A DNA stretch of 64,000 bases from Desulfurivibrionaceae bacterium (GTDB lineage: Bacteria; Desulfobacterota; Desulfobulbia; Desulfobulbales; UBA5123): NCBI GenBank assembly GCA_030145325.1, contig JAQYVW010000004.1, forward strand, positions 24,060 through 88,059, read 5' to 3'. The notes beneath the pieces were generated by a model. That model ran no database searches. It saw only the letters and a list, made by a program, of their open reading frames with translations, and was not told the origin of the DNA. The first letter of the stretch is position 1. Every line of letters begins with the position of its first letter. The position numbers and the translations under genes were made by a program. Below, piece after piece: positions 23,907-33,516 of this stretch.

Positions 23907-24800
23907 CTAGAAGCGAGGCGTCGAAAACCGGTTGTTGGCAAGATTGATCTTGGCGTTGTGCTGTAGGTGTTGGCGGATCATGGCCAGGAGCTCTTCGGCC
24001 ACCAGGATCTCTTCTTCGATGAAGAATGCGCCAATTTTCTTTTGCAGGCTTTTTTGTCGCCAGACTAGGGACTGGAGTTGTTTTTCGGTGAGCAGGCCGA
24101 GATCCATGGCGGCTTTGCCGAAGGGGGCGGCGTTGGTGCGGGAGCGAAGGACGGTAAGGATGTCTTCGTTCTTGAGCCAGCCAAAGCGTAAACCTAGTTC
24201 GCCCAAGCGGGGACGGTTGGTGCGTTGCCAAACCAGTGCCTGGATGATCTGTCGCCAGGAGATGATTCCAGAATAATAAAGAAAATGGCCGAAGCGCAGT
24301 TCCCGCTCTGGCAGCTTACCCTTGAAACGGTTGTCAATATTCCAGTCTGCAGAGCCGGTGGTATTACTAGTGGTTTTGCTTTGCCAGTTGTTGGGTTTTG
24401 CCTGCCATTTTTTGCTAAAATCAGCGTTGTTGGGCCGAGCTTGTGGGCGGGCGGAAGCACCGGAATGGTGACTGTTTCTGTTGGTGCTGTTGTACTGCCA
24501 TTGCCCGGTGGTGGCACGGGTGGGCTTGATGATCACCCCTTTTTTGCGGGCGTCCAAGTAGGAGGTGAGATCTTCGTAAGCCGTTTGCACCTGCCGGAAA
24601 AGGCTGGTGTCGTGCAGCTGCTCGCTGATGCCCATGGCGGCGATGCGATCCGGGTGTGTTTCCAGGGCGCGTTTACGATAGGCGGTTTTGAGACCGGAAG
24701 CTTGCAGGTACTCCAAAAAATCACGGGTGATGTTAAGGTCGGATCCAAACAGAATCCGGCAAGCATCAAACAGTTCATGCTCGGCGAGCATCAAGGCCAT
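23907..24800 (-). CDS. J-domain (DnaJ-like) protein
   Basis: 297 aa. J-domain with an HPD motif (AYRKRALETHPDRIA). Low-complexity Asn/Thr/Trp-rich linker. C-terminal domain not recognised. Confidence 0.7.
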   Translation of the reverse strand: MALMLAEHELFDACRILFGSDLNITRDFLEYLQASGLKTAYRKRALETHPDRIAAMGISEQLHDTSLFRQVQTAYEDLTSYLDARKKGVIIKPTRATTGQWQYNSTNRNSHHSGASARPQARPNNADFSKKWQAKPNNWQSKTTSNTTGSADWNIDNRFKGKLPERELRFGHFLYYSGIISWRQIIQALVWQRTNRPRLGELGLRFGWLKNEDILTVLRSRTNAAPFGKAAMDLGLLTEKQLQSLVWRQKSLQKKIGAFFIEEEILVAEELLAMIRQHLQHNAKINLANNRFSTPRF

Positions 24801-25117
24801 GTCGTGATCTTCCTGGTTGCGGTTGGCTTGGCGAGAGGGGTGATGATGTTCATCTCTACTCTCTTATTAGTCCTGAATTTATAGCGAATCATATAATTTA
24901 TAGCGTCCAAGGTGGCTGTGGTCAAGTGGAAAGCGCGGTGTCGCGGCCATTCTTGATCGGTGATCATCGTTGCGGGTGGGTGGCATGTTTGTCAATTGTT
25001 AATGGGGAAGGTGTTTTTTGGGGCTGGTTGAGGCTGTTTTTCTGTTCTCGTAACTATCTGTTTTGGCGTAAAAAAAGCGCTAAGGAGCGGAGGGGTGAGT
25101 TTTGATTCCTGCCCCCC

Positions 25118-25783
25118 CTATTCCTTTTTTCCCACCATGACCACAAAACCAGCTTGCGGGTGAATTCCCGGTTGTGAATTCTCGGCGGTGATGGCTGTTC
25201 CTGGGGCTTGCTGGAGGGTGGAGCGAAGTTCCGTCACCGTTAGCTTGCACTGGCTTAGCCAGTGTTCCACCGTGGCCGGGGTGTGGAAGGTGGCCTCTTT
25301 ATAGTAGGGGGTGCCCGCCTTTTTCTTGGCGGTGAGGTATTGCCCCCATGGGCTGAGGGCGGGAACGAGACCGATGACCAGGTGTCCACCCGGCTGGAGG
25401 ATGCGGCTGCATTCTTGTAAGGTTTTTTGCGGGTTGGCTAGGAAGCAGAGGGTGAAGAGGAGGAAGACGGTGCCGATGCAGTTAGCTGCCACCGGTAATT
25501 CTTCGCCAAGACCTCCACAGCTGCTGATGCCTCGTTGCTTGGCGAGTTTAAGGGCCGCCAGGGCTGGATCGATTCCGAAGGCAACCCCCAGGGCGGCGGC
25601 AAAACGGCCAGGCCCCACCCCCACTTCCAGCTTGGGTGGGGCTAACGGGGTGGTCAAACTGAGGATGGCGTCGCGCTCGATGCCGAAAAGTTCTCCCTGG
25701 TCAAACCAGCGGTCGTATTCTTCGGCTCGTTGTTCAAAAACCTCGCTGTTGCGTCGCCAAACTTGTTCTTTTTTATCTCTCAT
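25118..25783 (-). CDS. class I SAM-dependent methyltransferase
   Basis: 221 aa. Motif I LEVGVGPGRF and a post-I acidic region. Stop/start spacing of 8 nt to the upstream M48 gene. Confidence 0.75.
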   Translation of the reverse strand: MRDKKEQVWRRNSEVFEQRAEEYDRWFDQGELFGIERDAILSLTTPLAPPKLEVGVGPGRFAAALGVAFGIDPALAALKLAKQRGISSCGGLGEELPVAANCIGTVFLLFTLCFLANPQKTLQECSRILQPGGHLVIGLVPALSPWGQYLTAKKKAGTPYYKEATFHTPATVEHWLSQCKLTVTELRSTLQQAPGTAITAENSQPGIHPQAGFVVMVGKKE

Positions 25784-25791
25784 GGTTGAAC

Positions 25792-27051
25792 TTAGCCCTG
25801 CTTTGCGTGCGTTTCTTGCTGGCGGAGGGTGGCAATCCGAGTGAGCAAGGCCGGGTGGCTGTAATGAAAGGCGGCGTACCAGGGATGGGGGTGGAGGTTG
25901 CTCAGGTTGTCCTTGCTCATCTTGACCAAGGCTGCGGCCAAGGGGGCGCTGGAGCCGGTAAGCTCCACCGCATAACGGTCGGCTTCTCGTTCGTGGGCGC
26001 GGGAGAGGAGGTTAAGGAGTGGGGTTAGCGGCCAGGTCGCCAGTCCACCAAGGAAACTGACCAGAAGAAGTTGCCCGTAGAGGGTTGGCTGTTCAAGGGC
26101 GAAGAGAGTGGCCGGAAGTTCACTCTTGATCAACTGGTGGGCAATAAAGAGGCCCAAGAGGGTCATGGTCTGGATGAGAAGAAGGCGTTTCGTAATGTGT
26201 TTCTTCTTCCAGTGTCCTGCTTCGTGGGCGAGGATGGCGACGATCTCGTCTGGGGTGTGGTTGGCGGTCATGGTGTCGAAGAGGACAATCCTTTTGACCC
26301 TGCCAATGCCGCTGAAGTAAGCGTTACTGTGCTTGCTCCGTTTAGAGGCGTCCATGCTGAAGACCCGTGAAATTTGTAATCCTGCCTTTTTTAGCACCTC
26401 TTGGAGTTTTTGTTCCAAGGCTGGGTTGTCAATGGGGGTGAAGGTGTTGAAAAGCGGTTCGATCAACGAAGGACTGAGGTAGAGGATGGTGATGGTGAAA
26501 CAGAGGATGAATAGCCAGCTGGTCAGCCACCAGAAATTAGGGGTGGCAGTCATCAGCCAGAAGATCGCGCCGAGCAGGAGACTGATCAGAATGGTGGAGA
26601 GTAACAGACCCTTAATGGTGTCGGCGAACCAGAGGGCAAGGGTCTGGGTGTTAAAGCCGTATCTTTGTTCGATGCGGAAGGTGCGGTAAAGATCAAAGGG
26701 AATTTGGATAATTGCTTCAATGTGGACCAGCATTAGGAAAAAAAGCACGGCGGTGACCAGGAAGGGCAGGCCGAGGTTGGTGAGCCAGTTATTATACCAG
26801 TTGAGCAGAGGGGTGAAAAGAAAGAGGACGGTGGTGGTGATCTTGCAAAATGTTGCACAAAGGGAGACGATGTTGTTCTCCACCGTGTAGTTGCGGGTTT
26901 GGTTTAGTTTCTCGCTGGTGATGGTCTCTGCCAGGGCGGCAGGCACTTCACTGCCATGGCGCCGAAGGTGGCTGAGATTGATTATGGACAGGAAGGCTTC
27001 CAGGGCTTGGCAAGAAAGATAAACGGCGAGGATGATGAGTAAGGTGGGCAT
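25792..27051 (-). CDS. M48-family (Ste24/HtpX-like) membrane zinc metalloprotease
   Basis: 419 aa. HEAGHWKKKH (HExxH) plus a downstream EREAD glutamate motif. Multiple TM segments. Confidence 0.85.
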   Translation of the reverse strand: MPTLLIILAVYLSCQALEAFLSIINLSHLRRHGSEVPAALAETITSEKLNQTRNYTVENNIVSLCATFCKITTTVLFLFTPLLNWYNNWLTNLGLPFLVTAVLFFLMLVHIEAIIQIPFDLYRTFRIEQRYGFNTQTLALWFADTIKGLLLSTILISLLLGAIFWLMTATPNFWWLTSWLFILCFTITILYLSPSLIEPLFNTFTPIDNPALEQKLQEVLKKAGLQISRVFSMDASKRSKHSNAYFSGIGRVKRIVLFDTMTANHTPDEIVAILAHEAGHWKKKHITKRLLLIQTMTLLGLFIAHQLIKSELPATLFALEQPTLYGQLLLVSFLGGLATWPLTPLLNLLSRAHEREADRYAVELTGSSAPLAAALVKMSKDNLSNLHPHPWYAAFHYSHPALLTRIATLRQQETHAKQG

Positions 27052-27214
27052 GGTAGAAGGGGGCCTGTTTAAAAATTGTCTGAAGGTGGTGCCGGATCGG
27101 GTAAGGTAGCCTGTAAGCAGCGAGGGTTTCTTTTGTTACTGGATACTCGAAAATGTCGGCGCTTGGCAAGGAGCTTATACCATCGTCATTGTTCCACAGG
27201 TTGGATGTCTTATT

Positions 27215-28738
27215 ATGGATATGGAAAAACAATCGCGGTTTCGCCGCTCGTTGCATGATCCCGATGAATTCTCTCTCACCTTTGAGTTGGTGCCGGGGCG
27301 TAGCGGGCGGGGCAAGGCGTATGATCGCATTCTCACCCTGGCCCGGCAGTTTGCCGAAGACGGGCGCTTGCAGGCGGTGAGCATCACCGAGAATGCCGGC
27401 GGGCATCCTGCTCTCTCTCCCGAGGTATTGGGGGGGGAGATCCAGAACATGGGGTTGGATGTAATTATCCACCTCTCCTGCAAGGACAAGAACCGGAATC
27501 AGATGGAGAGTCTGCTTTATGCCTGGGATCGGGCGGATTTGAACGACTTGCTGGTCATCAGCGGAGATTATCCCCAAGAAGGGTATCGGGGTGACCCCAA
27601 GCCGGTTTTTGATCTTGGTTCGGTGCAAGTTCTTGATCTTTTGGGTGGGATGAATCAGCCGCTGGTGGGCAATGGAGCCATCCCTCTCCCTCCCACCTCC
27701 TTTCTTAAGGGGGTGGCGGTGTCGCCTTTTAAGCGTCTCGAAGCCGAGCAGATGATGCAGTATTACAAGCTGGCCCGCAAGGCGGCGGCAGGGGCGGATT
27801 ATGTAATCACCCAGGTTGGGTATGATGCGCGTAAGTTCCACGAACTATTGTTATTCATGCGCCAGCAAGGGATAAACTTGCCGGTGTTGGGCAATGTCTT
27901 TATCCCCAATCTGCCGGTGGTTGAGATCATGCACCGGGGGGGGATTCCCGGTTGTGTACTCCCCGATCATCTTTATGCCGAGATGAAGCGGGAAAGCGAA
28001 AGCGAAGATCGGGGGAAACGGGCGCGGTTGCGACGCGGGGCAAAATTGCTGGCGGTGCTGAAGGGGTTGGGCTATGCCGGGGCACATCTCGGCGGCCCTG
28101 GTATCACCCATGGGGATTTTGATTTTTTGGTCAACGAGTCCGGTCGGATGGAGGCAGATTGGCGAGAGTTTTTGCCGGAGCTTGATTACTGGTTCGCGGA
28201 CGGTTTCCATTATTACGAAAAAGATGAGATCTCCGGCCTTAATCTTAGTGAGCCGATGTCTCGGACCCAGGGGAAGGCACCGTCCGTGGCCTATCGAGTG
28301 GCGAATATTGTCCATGAGGCGGCCTTTGTGCCCACCGGCCCTCTGTACGAGCCGATGCGCAAAGGGTGCCTGGCCCTTGCTGATAGTGCTTTGCGGCCTG
28401 CTTTGACCAATATCGAACACCTGCTCAAGTTTATTGCTTTCCGGTGCCGGAACTGTGGCGACTGCGCCTTGGCGGAGCTGGCCTTTCTCTGTCCGCAGTC
28501 AGGTTGTGCCAAGAATTTGCTTAATGGCCCCTGCGGCGGCAGCCGTGATGGCTGGTGCGAGGTTTATCCCGGTAAACGGCGTTGTCTGTATGTGCGAGTC
28601 TATGAGCGGCTGAAAAGGGTGGGGCGTGATCAGGAGATGGGGTGCGGCTTTGTGCCGCCGCGGAACTGGGCGCTGAATGAGACCTCCTCTTGGCTTAATT
28701 TTTTTCTCGGTCGTGACCATACCGGTTTTCGCCGATAA
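27215..28738 (+). CDS. metF: methylenetetrahydrofolate reductase fused to a Cys-rich MetV-like (MTHFR C-terminal zinc-ribbon) domain
   Basis: 507 aa. N-terminal MTHFR TIM-barrel pattern (FELVPGRS...VSITENAGG...IIHLSCKDKNRN...ITQVGYD). C-terminal CRNCGDC...CPQSGCAKNLLNGPCGGSRDGWCE motif. Confidence 0.8.
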   Translation: MDMEKQSRFRRSLHDPDEFSLTFELVPGRSGRGKAYDRILTLARQFAEDGRLQAVSITENAGGHPALSPEVLGGEIQNMGLDVIIHLSCKDKNRNQMESLLYAWDRADLNDLLVISGDYPQEGYRGDPKPVFDLGSVQVLDLLGGMNQPLVGNGAIPLPPTSFLKGVAVSPFKRLEAEQMMQYYKLARKAAAGADYVITQVGYDARKFHELLLFMRQQGINLPVLGNVFIPNLPVVEIMHRGGIPGCVLPDHLYAEMKRESESEDRGKRARLRRGAKLLAVLKGLGYAGAHLGGPGITHGDFDFLVNESGRMEADWREFLPELDYWFADGFHYYEKDEISGLNLSEPMSRTQGKAPSVAYRVANIVHEAAFVPTGPLYEPMRKGCLALADSALRPALTNIEHLLKFIAFRCRNCGDCALAELAFLCPQSGCAKNLLNGPCGGSRDGWCEVYPGKRRCLYVRVYERLKRVGRDQEMGCGFVPPRNWALNETSSWLNFFLGRDHTGFRR

Positions 28739-28937
28739 GTGGGGGCAGGGTTTGGCAAAAAAATATTTCCTAATCCAGTAAAAAACGGTAAGCTGCTTCC
28801 TTTTTTGGTTCGGTAATCGCTGGCAATAACTTAAGGTGCGGAGCGGTTTTCCATAGGTAATTTTTTTATAAAAAGAAGTATTGTCCGCTGTTGTCCGCCC
28901 TTGCGCGGTGACGGCGGCCTCATAACGAGGAAGGGTT

Positions 28938-30344
28938 ATGAACCATGATCAGGCCGCTCTGCGGCCGCGTGAAGAGTGTGGTGTTTGTGGTATTTTCGGG
29001 CATCCGGATGCCACCAAACTGACATATTTTGGGCTCTATGCCCTTCAGCATCGCGGTCAGGAGAGCGCTGGGATTGTCACCTCTGACGGCGACCAGATGC
29101 GCGAGCACAAGGGCATGGGGTTGGTGTCAGAGGTCTTTTCCGAGGAGAGCTTGCATGGGCTGCCCGGGCATTTGGCGGTGGGGCATGTGCGTTATTCCAC
29201 CACCGGCTCTTCCAACATCATTAATGCTCAGCCGTTTACCGCCACCCACCAGGGGCGCACGGTGTCGGTGGCCCATAACGGCAATCTGGTTAATATTCGG
29301 GCCCTGCGTGATGAACTTGAGAAACAAGGCTCTATCTTCCAGTCCACCATGGATAGTGAGGTGGTGGTTCATCTCCTGGCCAGATCCCATGCCATGGGGC
29401 TTGAAAAGGCCATAGCCGATACCTTCGAAAAGGTTAAGGGTGCTTATTCCATTTTGTTGCTGACCAAGGACAAGATGGTGGCGGTTCGTGATCCCCAAGG
29501 CTTTCGCCCGCTTTGTCTCGGTAAACTTAATAACGGCGGCTACATCGTCGCTTCTGAGACCTGTGCCCTTGATCTGGTTGAGGCGCAGTATATTCGTGAT
29601 GTTGCTCCTGGCGAGATCCTAATCATCGATAAAAAGGGTTTGAAATCGATCATGCCGGAAAAGAAGACTCAGGAGAGTTTCTGTATCTTCGAACAGGTCT
29701 ATTTTGCCCGCCCGGACAGCGATATTTTCGGCACCAATGTCTATATGGCCCGCAAGCGGATGGGTGAGATCCTCGCCCGTGAGTGCAAGATTGACGCTGA
29801 TTTCGTGATGCCCTTTCCCGATTCCGGTAATTACGCCGCCATCGGCTATGCGCAAGAGTCGGGGATTCCCATGGAGATGGGGGTGATTCGTAACCACTAC
29901 GTTGGCAGGACCTTTATTCAGCCCACCCAGTCCATGCGTGATTTTTCGGTGAAGGTGAAATTGAATCCCATCCGCTCCTTTTTGAAGGATAAGCGAGTGA
30001 TCATCATTGAGGATTCCATCATTCGTGGCACCACCGGTAAAAGTCGGGTGAAGTCCTTGCGCGACGTTGGGGTTAAGGAGGTGCATATGGTAATCAGCTG
30101 CCCTCCCACTGCTTTCCCCTGTTATTACGGGATTGATTTCCCCTCGGGCGGTGATTTGATCGCCTCGGCCAAGACCGTTGAAGAGATCCGTGATCACCTT
30201 GGCCTTGACGGCCTCTACTACCTGAGCCTTGAAGGGTTGATTGAGGCCACCGGCGGCAATGGCTCTTCTTTCTGCACCGCTTGTTATACTGGCAAGTATC
30301 CGGTGGAGCCTGATCGGATGTTCACCAAATTGGCTCTGGGGTAA
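28938..30344 (+). CDS. purF: amidophosphoribosyltransferase
   Basis: 468 aa. N-terminal nucleophile CGVCGIFG after a short propeptide. PRTase motif VIIIEDSIIRGTT. C-terminal Cys cluster (CTACYTGKYP). Confidence 0.95.
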   Translation: MNHDQAALRPREECGVCGIFGHPDATKLTYFGLYALQHRGQESAGIVTSDGDQMREHKGMGLVSEVFSEESLHGLPGHLAVGHVRYSTTGSSNIINAQPFTATHQGRTVSVAHNGNLVNIRALRDELEKQGSIFQSTMDSEVVVHLLARSHAMGLEKAIADTFEKVKGAYSILLLTKDKMVAVRDPQGFRPLCLGKLNNGGYIVASETCALDLVEAQYIRDVAPGEILIIDKKGLKSIMPEKKTQESFCIFEQVYFARPDSDIFGTNVYMARKRMGEILARECKIDADFVMPFPDSGNYAAIGYAQESGIPMEMGVIRNHYVGRTFIQPTQSMRDFSVKVKLNPIRSFLKDKRVIIIEDSIIRGTTGKSRVKSLRDVGVKEVHMVISCPPTAFPCYYGIDFPSGGDLIASAKTVEEIRDHLGLDGLYYLSLEGLIEATGGNGSSFCTACYTGKYPVEPDRMFTKLALG

Positions 30345-30382
30345 TCCTGTGGGATGTCTTGCGCGTTTAACGGTAGAAAAAT

Positions 30383-31354
30383 ATGTGTGTTGAACAGGCA
30401 AAAGAGGTTTTAAGAATCGAGGCGGAAGGGATTCTGGCCGTGGTTGAACATGTCGGCGCGGATTTTGCCAAGGCGGTTGATTTGCTCATGGCTTGTCCCA
30501 GCCGGGTGATCGTTACCGGTATTGGCAAGTCCGGCCTGGTGGGCCAGAAGATCGCCGCCACCATGAACAGCACCGGCACCGCCTCCTTTTTCCTGCATCC
30601 GGTGGAAGCGATGCATGGCGATCTTGGTTTGGTTGATCCCAGTGATGTGGTGTTAGCCATCTCGTACAGCGGCAACACTGCGGAACTTACCTTGTTGCTG
30701 GAAAGCCTCAAGACTCGGGGCAACAAGATCATCGCCATGACTGGTGGCCTCGACTCGCCGCTGGCCTTGGCCGGGGATGCGGTTTTGGATGTTGGCGTGC
30801 CCCGCGAGGCGTGCCCCTTGGGGCTTGCGCCCACCGCCAGTACCACTGCCACTCTGGCCATGGGTGATGCTTTGGCCGTGGTTCTGCTGGAACTGAAACA
30901 GTTTAAGGAAAGCGATTTTCGTCGTAACCATCCTGGGGGCAGCTTGGGCGAGCGGCTCAAGGTTAAGGTCTCCGAGGTGATGCTCACCGGCGAGGCAATT
31001 CCTCGGGTTGCCATGGCGACCCCTTTAGTGGAAGCTATTTCCGTACTCAATGAAAAAAATCTCGGTGCGGTTCTGATCATGGATAACCATGAAACCATGG
31101 CCGGTATTATTACTGATGGCGATGTCCGGCGACTGGTTAGTAAGCATCATGATGTGGCCGCCCTATCTTCGGCTGAGGTGATGACTAAGGCTCCAAAAAC
31201 CATTGGTCCTGATCTGTTGGCCGCCGATGCGGTAAGTATTATGCAGCGCCATGAAATAACGGTTCTGGCGGTGGCAGATAAAGAAGGGCGGTTGGTGGGA
31301 TTGCTGCATTTACAGTACCTGCTGGGTAAGGGCGAATTTCGCTTTTTGGTTTGA
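30383..31354 (+). CDS. kpsF: KpsF/GutQ-family arabinose-5-phosphate isomerase (SIS plus tandem CBS domains)
   Basis: 323 aa. SIS motif VIVTGIGKSGLVGQKIAATM...SYSGNT. C-terminal CBS pair (ITDGDVRR...VLAVADKEGRLVGLLH). Confidence 0.85.
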   Translation: MCVEQAKEVLRIEAEGILAVVEHVGADFAKAVDLLMACPSRVIVTGIGKSGLVGQKIAATMNSTGTASFFLHPVEAMHGDLGLVDPSDVVLAISYSGNTAELTLLLESLKTRGNKIIAMTGGLDSPLALAGDAVLDVGVPREACPLGLAPTASTTATLAMGDALAVVLLELKQFKESDFRRNHPGGSLGERLKVKVSEVMLTGEAIPRVAMATPLVEAISVLNEKNLGAVLIMDNHETMAGIITDGDVRRLVSKHHDVAALSSAEVMTKAPKTIGPDLLAADAVSIMQRHEITVLAVADKEGRLVGLLHLQYLLGKGEFRFLV

Positions 31355-31650
31355 TTGTCAGCGGTGGTTTGTGATTGGCAACTCGGCAATGGGTTGCTTG
31401 AGAGTTATTGCCATGTAACTCTTTGATATTTTGTGGTGCGGGATCTCTGTGGAGGAGATTTTGGCGTCGATCTGTATTGACAAACCTGGTTAGTTTGGGG
31501 TAGCATCGCACTTCTGCGATAAATGCTTCATTCGCTACGGAAAGTCCTTACAAAGGCGGTTCGGGCGGTTAATTTTAGTTAAATATAGCTTGAGAATGGT
31601 GTTTGTCGGCACCGTCGGCATCCATCCAATAGTTTGCAAAGAGGAATGAT

Positions 31651-32217
31651 ATGGCCGTTACCAGTAAAGAGATCAACGCGGATTTTGCCGCGCAGGTGGT
31701 CACAACCCGTGGTGGTGAACATCTCAACAGTTGTTTTTCCTGCGGCGCTTGTAGTGGCGCTTGCCCGGTGAGTCAGGCGATTCCTGATTTTGATCCCCGA
31801 AAGCTGATTCATATGATTCGGATGGGGTTGAAAGACCGGTTGCTGAAGTCAGATTTGCTCTGGCATTGTTCAAAGTGTCAAAGCTGCGTGTTTGTTTGCC
31901 CGCAAGACGTGCGGTTTGCCGATATCATGACCGCTTTGCGGAAGTTGGCTCAGGATGAGGGGTATGTCACCGAGGATGATTTGCGCGACAAGGGCAAGAT
32001 TGCCTGGGTTGAGCGTGATCTCTGCGTTGCCTGTCTCACCTGTGTGCGGGTTTGCCCGTGGCGGATTCCTAAGATCGATGAGAAGGGTGTCGCTGCTATT
32101 GATTCCAGCGAGTGTAAGGCCTGCGGCATCTGTGTTACCGAGTGCCCGGCCAAGGCCATCGTGTTAAATGAGTCCGAGGATGAGCGCTTGATCGCAGCCT
32201 CCGGCGAGAACAAGTAG
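31651..32217 (+). CDS. 4Fe-4S cluster protein (HdrC-like N-terminal half plus 2x[4Fe-4S] ferredoxin half)
   Basis: 188 aa with four Cys clusters: CFSCGACSGACP, CSKCQSCVFVCP, CVACLTCVRVCP, CKACGICVTECP. Confidence 0.75.
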   Translation: MAVTSKEINADFAAQVVTTRGGEHLNSCFSCGACSGACPVSQAIPDFDPRKLIHMIRMGLKDRLLKSDLLWHCSKCQSCVFVCPQDVRFADIMTALRKLAQDEGYVTEDDLRDKGKIAWVERDLCVACLTCVRVCPWRIPKIDEKGVAAIDSSECKACGICVTECPAKAIVLNESEDERLIAASGENK

Positions 32218-32226
32218 GACGGAGAA

Positions 32227-32652
32227 GTGATGAGCGATTTTACGCCAAATATCCAAGTATTCTGTTGTCATTACACCTCCCAGCAGGCCTTGGCGGTAAG
32301 CCCGGAAGGTTTGCAGGCCGATGGCTTTCCTGCTGGCGCCAACATTAACCGTGTGGTCTGCGGTGGTAAGCTCAAGGTCAGCAGTCTGCTCAAGGCCTTT
32401 GAGGATGGTGCCGACGGGGTCTGTGTGGTGGCCTGCCCGGAAGATAAATGTCATAACCTGATGGGTAGCCAGCGGGCCGCGAAAAGGGCCGGAGCGGTAA
32501 AAAAAGCCCTGGCTGAATTGGATCTGGAGCCCGAACGGATCTCCATGCACCATCTGGAGCGTGGTTTTCACCAGGAATTCGTCACCGTTGCCCAGGAAAT
32601 GGAGCAGCGGGTCAAGGCCATGGGGCCCAGCCCGATCAAGGGGGAAGAATAA
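32227..32652 (+). CDS. mvhD: MvhD/FlpD-like hydrogenase iron-sulfur subunit
   Basis: 141 aa. VFCCHYTS...VVCGGK...GADGVCVVACPEDKCH pattern of methyl-viologen-reducing hydrogenase delta-subunit-like proteins. GTG start (an ATG lies 3 nt downstream). Confidence 0.75.
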   Translation: MMSDFTPNIQVFCCHYTSQQALAVSPEGLQADGFPAGANINRVVCGGKLKVSSLLKAFEDGADGVCVVACPEDKCHNLMGSQRAAKRAGAVKKALAELDLEPERISMHHLERGFHQEFVTVAQEMEQRVKAMGPSPIKGEE

Positions 32653-33320
32653 TGATTGTAGCCGAGCGTAAACCGGTTGGTGAAATATTGAAGATGATTA
32701 GCGACGCCAAGCGTGTCCTGATCCTTGGTTGTCGTGGCTGTGTTTCCGTCTGCTCCGCCGGTGGCGAGCGCGAGGTGGAAATCCTTGCCTCCATGCTGAA
32801 GGTAGGCCGCAAGAAGGAAGGCAAGCCCATTGAGATTATCGAAGCCTCGTTGGTGCGCCAGTGTGATAAAGAGTACATCGATTCCATTGACCAATGGGAC
32901 GGCCAGTTTGACGCCATCCTTTCCATGGCCTGTGGAGTTGGCGTCAACTTTATCGCCAACCTGCGTCCCATGGTTAATGTTCTTCCGGCGGTTAACACCT
33001 CCTTCTTCGGTGGTTCCTCCGAACAAGGGGTTTGGACTGAGCAGTGCGCCGGTTGCGGTGACTGCGTGCTCCATCTCACCGGTGGCCTCTGCCCCGTGGC
33101 CCGTTGCGCCAAGAGCTTGATGAATGGCCCCTGTGGCGGTTCCCAGGATGGTGTCTGTGAGATTCATAAAGACGTGCCCTGTATCTGGCAGTCGGTGTAC
33201 GAGAAGATGAATGGCTTGGGTCGCCAGCAGGAGATGCTGGAGTTGGCTCCCATCCGCGATTGGCGTTCCGCCGGTCACGGCGGCCCCCGTACCGCAGTTA
33301 GGGACGATCTGACCGTTTAA
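32652..33320 (+). CDS. stand-alone MetV-like protein (MTHFR C-terminal domain family)
   Basis: 222 aa. LGCRGCVSVCSAGG and CAKSLMNGPCGGSQDGVCE motifs parallel those in the C-terminus of the metF product. Its start overlaps the mvhD stop. Confidence 0.65.
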   Translation: MIVAERKPVGEILKMISDAKRVLILGCRGCVSVCSAGGEREVEILASMLKVGRKKEGKPIEIIEASLVRQCDKEYIDSIDQWDGQFDAILSMACGVGVNFIANLRPMVNVLPAVNTSFFGGSSEQGVWTEQCAGCGDCVLHLTGGLCPVARCAKSLMNGPCGGSQDGVCEIHKDVPCIWQSVYEKMNGLGRQQEMLELAPIRDWRSAGHGGPRTAVRDDLTV

Positions 33321-33346
33321 GTTCTATGATATCAGCCGCTTTATGG

Positions 33347-33385
33347 CCGATGCTTGCCTTCACTGGTGAGCATCGGTTTTTTTTT
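33347..33385 (+). terminator. rho-independent terminator
   Basis: CCGATGCT (33347-33354) pairs with AGCATCGG (33369-33376), followed by T9. Confidence 0.75.
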
Positions 33386-33516
33386 GTCTACCAGGGCAAG
33401 TGCTAAATGCCGGGCGGGAAGTCCTCTTGATTTCTGCAGGGGGGCATGATACAAATCTCTTTCTGCTTGCGGCAGGATAGCCGCTAAATAAACTATTTAG
33501 CTGATAAGGAAACACC

